Shown here piece after piece: positions 58,927 through 64,000 of a stretch of 64,000 bases of DNA; within the stretch, counting starts at the first letter, position 1; each line of letters starts with the position of its first letter. Origin of the DNA: Nemertoderma westbladi (taxonomy: Eukaryota; Animalia; Xenacoelomorpha); the NCBI GenBank assembly GCA_032718475.1, contig JAUCBJ010005512.1, forward strand, positions 90,270 to 154,269, in the 5' to 3' direction. Both the position numbers and the translations under genes were made by a program. The notes below the pieces were generated by a model. The model ran no database searches, was not told where the DNA came from, and saw only the letters and a program-made list of their open reading frames with translations.

Positions 58927-60636
58927 CAGCGTCTGGAGTGGGTGTGTGACTATATTATTTTATATTTGTTTTTATTATTTTATATTTATGTATGTATTAT
59001 TATGTAATTTTATTATAATCGTTTTCTTTAATTTTATTTAGTAGAATGTTATTTTAGCGATTATTTAGTAGATTAGTGCAATATATATTAGTGTTTATTA
59101 CTTACTTACTTATATTATATTATATATTTAGTGCGACGGCGAGAAATAATTCTTTTTCTCTTTCCTTACTGTCCGTATTACATTATAAATACGTGACTAC
59201 AGTAAGATGAAATGTCCGTACTTATTAAAGTACAATAAAGCTCCTACTATATTCAAGTATTATTGGTAAGTAGAGTATTAGGAATGCAAAATTCAGATCC
59301 TCGTGTCTCGGCTAAACCAAGCTCTGGGTAGACCTTGGAAACGACTTGCCTCTTCTCACTGACATTGCTTCTTGCGATATTGCTCTCATACCGTATATTA
59401 AATAATACATATAGTAGCGTGATGTCCCTTTAACAGTAGCGTAAAACGCAAAATAAATCTGTTAAACCCTTTGACCATCTGTAATTCTAGTCGATTAAGA
59501 TATCGCGGCACCCACCGATATACTTGAAAGACAAAATTCTAGAATCAGTGGTTAACGTCCCCAGACAAGTTCTGGAATAAACCGGTGCCCATCTTAAATA
59601 TTAACTATTAATATTTATAAAATCTGTCAAACAAATACAATAGAGTAAATACTTACAAGTTAACTCTAGAAAATCTATAAATTAAAATCTGTTAAAATTT
59701 AGATCCTTTAAAATTCTAGTCGATTAAGATATCGTAGCACTTACCGATACTCTTAAAAGGACAAATTTCCTAGAATTCAAGGATCCCAGTCCCCAGACAT
59801 GTTCTGGAATAAAATTGTGTCTATTTTAATATTAAATAATAAAATTTACGGGAATAAATTTAAATTCATATCTTTTAATGAATTTGATAAATTGTCATTT
59901 TTATACAATTTATAACATTCCCAAAATTCCATTAATTAATAGATCATGGGAGCGGAGATTCACCCTATTAAGTATATTAGTGTGCGAGAATCTCCAATAT
60001 ATAGTCAATAGCCGATAAAATTCATAAAATCATGTATAAAGAGGAATATTGACAATTAAAGAATTACTATTAAATAGCATCCCAGATCTGTATGCATGAG
60101 AATTACCCTAATTCTACTGCTAGCTTTCCATAATGTCACCATGGCAACAACCACGCTAGAATTAGAAGTGAGTTAAAAGAACAATAAAGGCTTGCCCCAT
60201 TGAATAGCATAAGGAATAAATAGCACACTGCTAGTATCCAAGGATACCCAATAATAACGTGGCATTCTGGAAGGCACTTGACTAACGGACAAATGGCCCG
60301 AATGTGTGCGGTTTGTGACAGTTGTGTGGAATTTGTGCGTTTATAGGTGAATGTTACTACTAAAGTGTGTTTACAGTAGCGAGTCGCAATTGTGAAAGTA
60401 GCCCTAACTCTGCAGTAAGAACCTGAAGTAAATCTTAGCCCTTGGGACGGACAGTGGAGTGACTCGCGCTGGTTGTTGTGGTCGTTGTGCAGCTACTATG
60501 TTGGCGATAGGCACATCGGCGAAAGTACATCAGCGCTGAGGATCTTGCGCTGTCCGGGGGCCGTGAGGGGTAGGCAGCGACGCCCGCTAGCCTAATTATA
60601 AACTCATTATAATATTGATAAACTCATATAGCAGCT

Positions 60637-62188
60637 ATGACTGAGTTGATAGAAGATGATCTTGGTATCAGGGAGCGATATACTCTACCGTTGCAAGCGT
60701 TTGTTGATAGCTTGATACGCGGCGACGCTAGTCCAACTACTACGGAGGACGATGGTCGTTATATCGAACCGCCAATGTCCCAGGAGCAACTCACGCGTGA
60801 ATTGGACTATCGAAAATTCACTGCTCGCTATACGCATCGTAATGGTACGCATATGGACTTCTTAACTACTGGTCATCCTATCGATTTACACGATACGGAC
60901 GATGTCGACACCGAAAGGGAAATGGTACTATTTAAATATCCTACCCAGCGGAGTCGGAACGATAAACTGAAAATCGAATGCGAAAATTCTATTCGAAATC
61001 GACTCGAAAGAGAAGACGTTAAAGAACCGGATAAACGCGGTAACTCCAACGTATATTTGGAATTCTTGAGAGAAACATTGTAAAACCGAATAAATATCAC
61101 CCGCGTTTCCCCTACAAGACGTGCGTCTTTGGTATTATTGCGATGAATGCCCAAGACCCAACCAACAAACGGAAAGACATAAACATCCGCGGAGACGTTG
61201 CTCTAAACACAGTTTTACTCGCTATATTTACGGGAGTTTCGAGCGAAACTTGTTCGATGTATCACCTACGCTCGCTCGACTCAAACGATCCTTAAATAAA
61301 CCTATGATCAGAGTTCCGGAATACTCGGTCAGACCTCCTCATTCCCTAGTGAGACCTCAGACTCTTGATCCTAATAGTATCACGGATCCTCCCGAACTGT
61401 ACTCACTGTTCAAAGATCTAGTGTTACCCGAACAGTTAGTCGGTGGCACTCCGGTTGTGGGCTCCCTAAATATTCGCCCATCTTACCTAGTCGGATTGGG
61501 ACGCGGACATCTAATATCGCCATTCAACCGTATCATCGTCCCGGTTTAACCCGATACAACCTGTCACCGAGGCGGAGGAGAGAGTTGTACGAAACGCGTT
61601 GGACACTATTCGTCAAAAGATCGGAAAAGGAACCTACAATTGTTTAGAGAAACGTAAATTGCAGCAGCAAGTCCAAGCGGTAAACGAATTAGCTTTATCT
61701 CAGTTCGATCAGGAAATCCAGAATCTCTAAGAAGATATCGAACTTGGACGACTCTACTTTCTGCAAGAGTTTTAGACGAATGCTTCCAACGACAAGCGGA
61801 GGAAAATCAGCTCGAGGAGAAGCATATCGATTCCGATAGAGCCCGAGAACGCGAGTTGGAAAGAATCATCAAACCGAGGAAATTTCTCACTACACACGGT
61901 CCACCTACCGCTTTCGTGCAAACGACCCGTCAGGGACCAATAAGAGCTGCTGTCTTAAAATGCGCTCTCAAGGTTGTTCGACCTCGTTCCACTGAGGTTG
62001 ATATAGATCAACCAGGTACCTCGACCGGCGGATACATCGACCGTAATCCTAAACCTTCCGATGCAATTGTATTGCACCCTTCACCCAGGAGTTATAGCCC
62101 TCCTAGTAAAGTGGCTCGCCCCAAAGAGAAAAGGACTCTTGCTAGCCTCAAAAAACTGCGTAAACGCCGTCCGCGCAAGAAAGACTAA
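60637..62188 (+). pseudogene. BEL-C accessory ORF after pol (disrupted; retains the likely ATG at 60637)
   Basis: Homologous to 46399-48520. Confidence 0.75.
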
Positions 62189-62266
62189 CTGTTTAGAGTA
62201 TTTTTATATTTTAGAAACTGTGATTTTTTATATTTTATAGAATTAAATCCCATTTTCTGGGAGCGG

Positions 62267-63435
62267 TGTAAAAGCTTTTGCGGATCTAGCTAGTCATTTT
62301 CCCCGCAAAGTACTCTGTAGGTGTTTTAGCGGACATAAAAAGCCGTTTTCTTACTGTGTAGGTGTTTTAGTGGACATAAAAAGCCATTTTTCTGTATGTG
62401 TACTTTAGCGGACATAACTAGCGATTTTATGCCGCAATACGCCAAAATACTCTTGATACAGTGTAGTTCAGATGACGACATCTATCAGCTGATATGTCCA
62501 CGTAGAGCTTTTCTTTGTTCTTTGTTCGGCTCGACCAATCAGAGCGATTTTCATTTTATTTGCACAGAAGCCTCCGGGAAATCGCGCAATGCATTATGGT
62601 CTTTGTTTACCTTTTTTCCTGAGCCCAGAACATCGGCTGTGGAATTATTCTGTGTTTCAGACTTTAGCCAAACATTAGAACGGCTTTGATCATAGAAACG
62701 TATAACTGTTATCGAACTGGTCAGACTCAAATGCTATACATACCTTTCACCGCATTATTTTACTGCTATTTACTGTCGGTTATTAATTGTTATCAGTTGA
62801 TGGAATGTTGTTATATTTGGAGAATATCGATAAATAATCAGAAAACCCCAATCTTCTTGATATACTGAAGGTTAGAGAGACCGGTTACATATAGCAATTG
62901 CGACTTACATTATAGTGGTTTTGGAGTGAATTGAATGCTATTTCATAGACCCTACATGTGTCAGTTGCTGTTCTCCTTATATATGATTAAAATTAGTGAA
63001 GGTCGGCAGATCAGTGTGCAGCAGTGTGCGGTAGTGTGCATGAGTGTGACAGATAACAAAGCATTTCCTAAAGAATGCGCTTTATACGAAGATCATTAGC
63101 CATCCCGTTGTGTTTAGTGTAAGTCATAACTCTGTTTACATACTTAGAGCGCCACGTCCTAAAGGAACTGTTAATATTTCCCGAAAGTGAATAATATTTG
63201 TCAGAGATTATATATTAACGATCAATCGAATAGTACAGTAGGCCTACACCGCAATAAGGTCAGAGCATCCGAATCCAGTCTCCCTTAACCGTGGGTGAAT
63301 GATCGCGCATAGGCTGGCTTCGGCTAATGTAACTTTATGTGTATCAAATACTTGTTATAGGCTAAAGTCGATTTATAACCTAGAAGACACCTAAATTTGG
63401 CAGGTTAAACTGCTAAAGGTCTAAAAGCGCGAACA
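62267..63435 (+). repeat. BEL-C 3' LTR
   Basis: Direct repeat of 50828-51980. Confidence 0.96.
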
Positions 63436-63916
63436 ACCCTTATGACTTAGGAATCCACCCATCGGCAACCCTTATTACTTATGAATCCACCCATCGGCAA
63501 CCCTTATGAGTTAGGAATCCACCCATCGGTAACCCTTATGACTTATGAATCCACCCATCGGCAACCCTTATGACTTATGAATCCACCCATCATCGGCAAC
63601 CCTTATGAGTTAGGAATCCACCCATCGGCAACCCTTATAACTTAGGAATCCACCCATCGGTAACCCTTATGACTTAGGAATCCACCCATCGGTAACCCTT
63701 ATGACTTATGAATCCACCCATCGGCAACCCTTATGACTTATGAATCCACCCATCATCGGCAACCCTTATGAGTTAGGATTCCACCCATCGGCAACCCTTA
63801 TGACTTAGGAATCCACCCATCGGCAAACCATTATGAGTTAGGAATCCACCCATCGGCAACCCTTATGACTTATGAATCCACCCATCGGCAACCCTTATGA
63901 CTTAGGAATCCACCCA
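63436..63916 (+). repeat. 32-bp satellite, right part
   Basis: Continues in register after the TSD, ~15 copies. Confidence 0.97.
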
Positions 63917-64000
63917 ACCTCTGATCTGGGAATCTATGCATCGTCAAAATTTTTTAATTAAATTAAAGCCATTTAATACAAAAATTTTAAATAATTTATG

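Larger units (their letters stand above)
50828..63435 (+). mobile_element. BEL/Pao LTR retrotransposon C, same family as A, non-autonomous (RT and integrase deleted)
   Basis: TG..CA LTRs nearly identical, perfect TSD accct (50823-50827, 63436-63440), PPT gggagcgg at 62259-62266, colinear with BEL-A. Confidence 0.95.

Overview
Eukaryotic (AT-rich, invertebrate-animal-like) repeat-dense DNA with almost no ordinary host gene. From left to right: a 5'-truncated CR1/L2-group LINE remnant; old dispersed repeats; an intronless 451-aa ORF with a BCL9/Legless HD2-like (beta-catenin-binding) motif; a complete IS3EU-type DNA transposon (TACGG..CCGTA ends, 6-bp TSD, two convergent ORFs, internal hAT fragment) beside a 2.6-kb (GGATA)n tract; and three large BEL/Pao LTR retrotransposons. 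BEL-A (17043-49548, +, decayed) sits in a 48-bp satellite and hosts the young antisense BEL-B (28732-45777, -). BEL-C (50828-63435, +, RT and integrase deleted, same family as A) sits in a 32-bp satellite. Main observation: none of the three has a tRNA primer-binding site. In each, the 11 nt directly after the 5' LTR are the reverse complement of an 11-mer inside its own LTR. The 11-mers differ between elements and co-vary between A and C, which suggests tRNA-independent self-priming like fission-yeast Tf1 in a BEL/Pao lineage. These elements also share a non-env accessory ORF after pol. BEL-B has TA..TA instead of TG..CA ends, a tRNA-like Pol III cassette in its LTR and 11 copies of a palindromic 20-bp motif. 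All comparisons were made by eye; no database searches were run.
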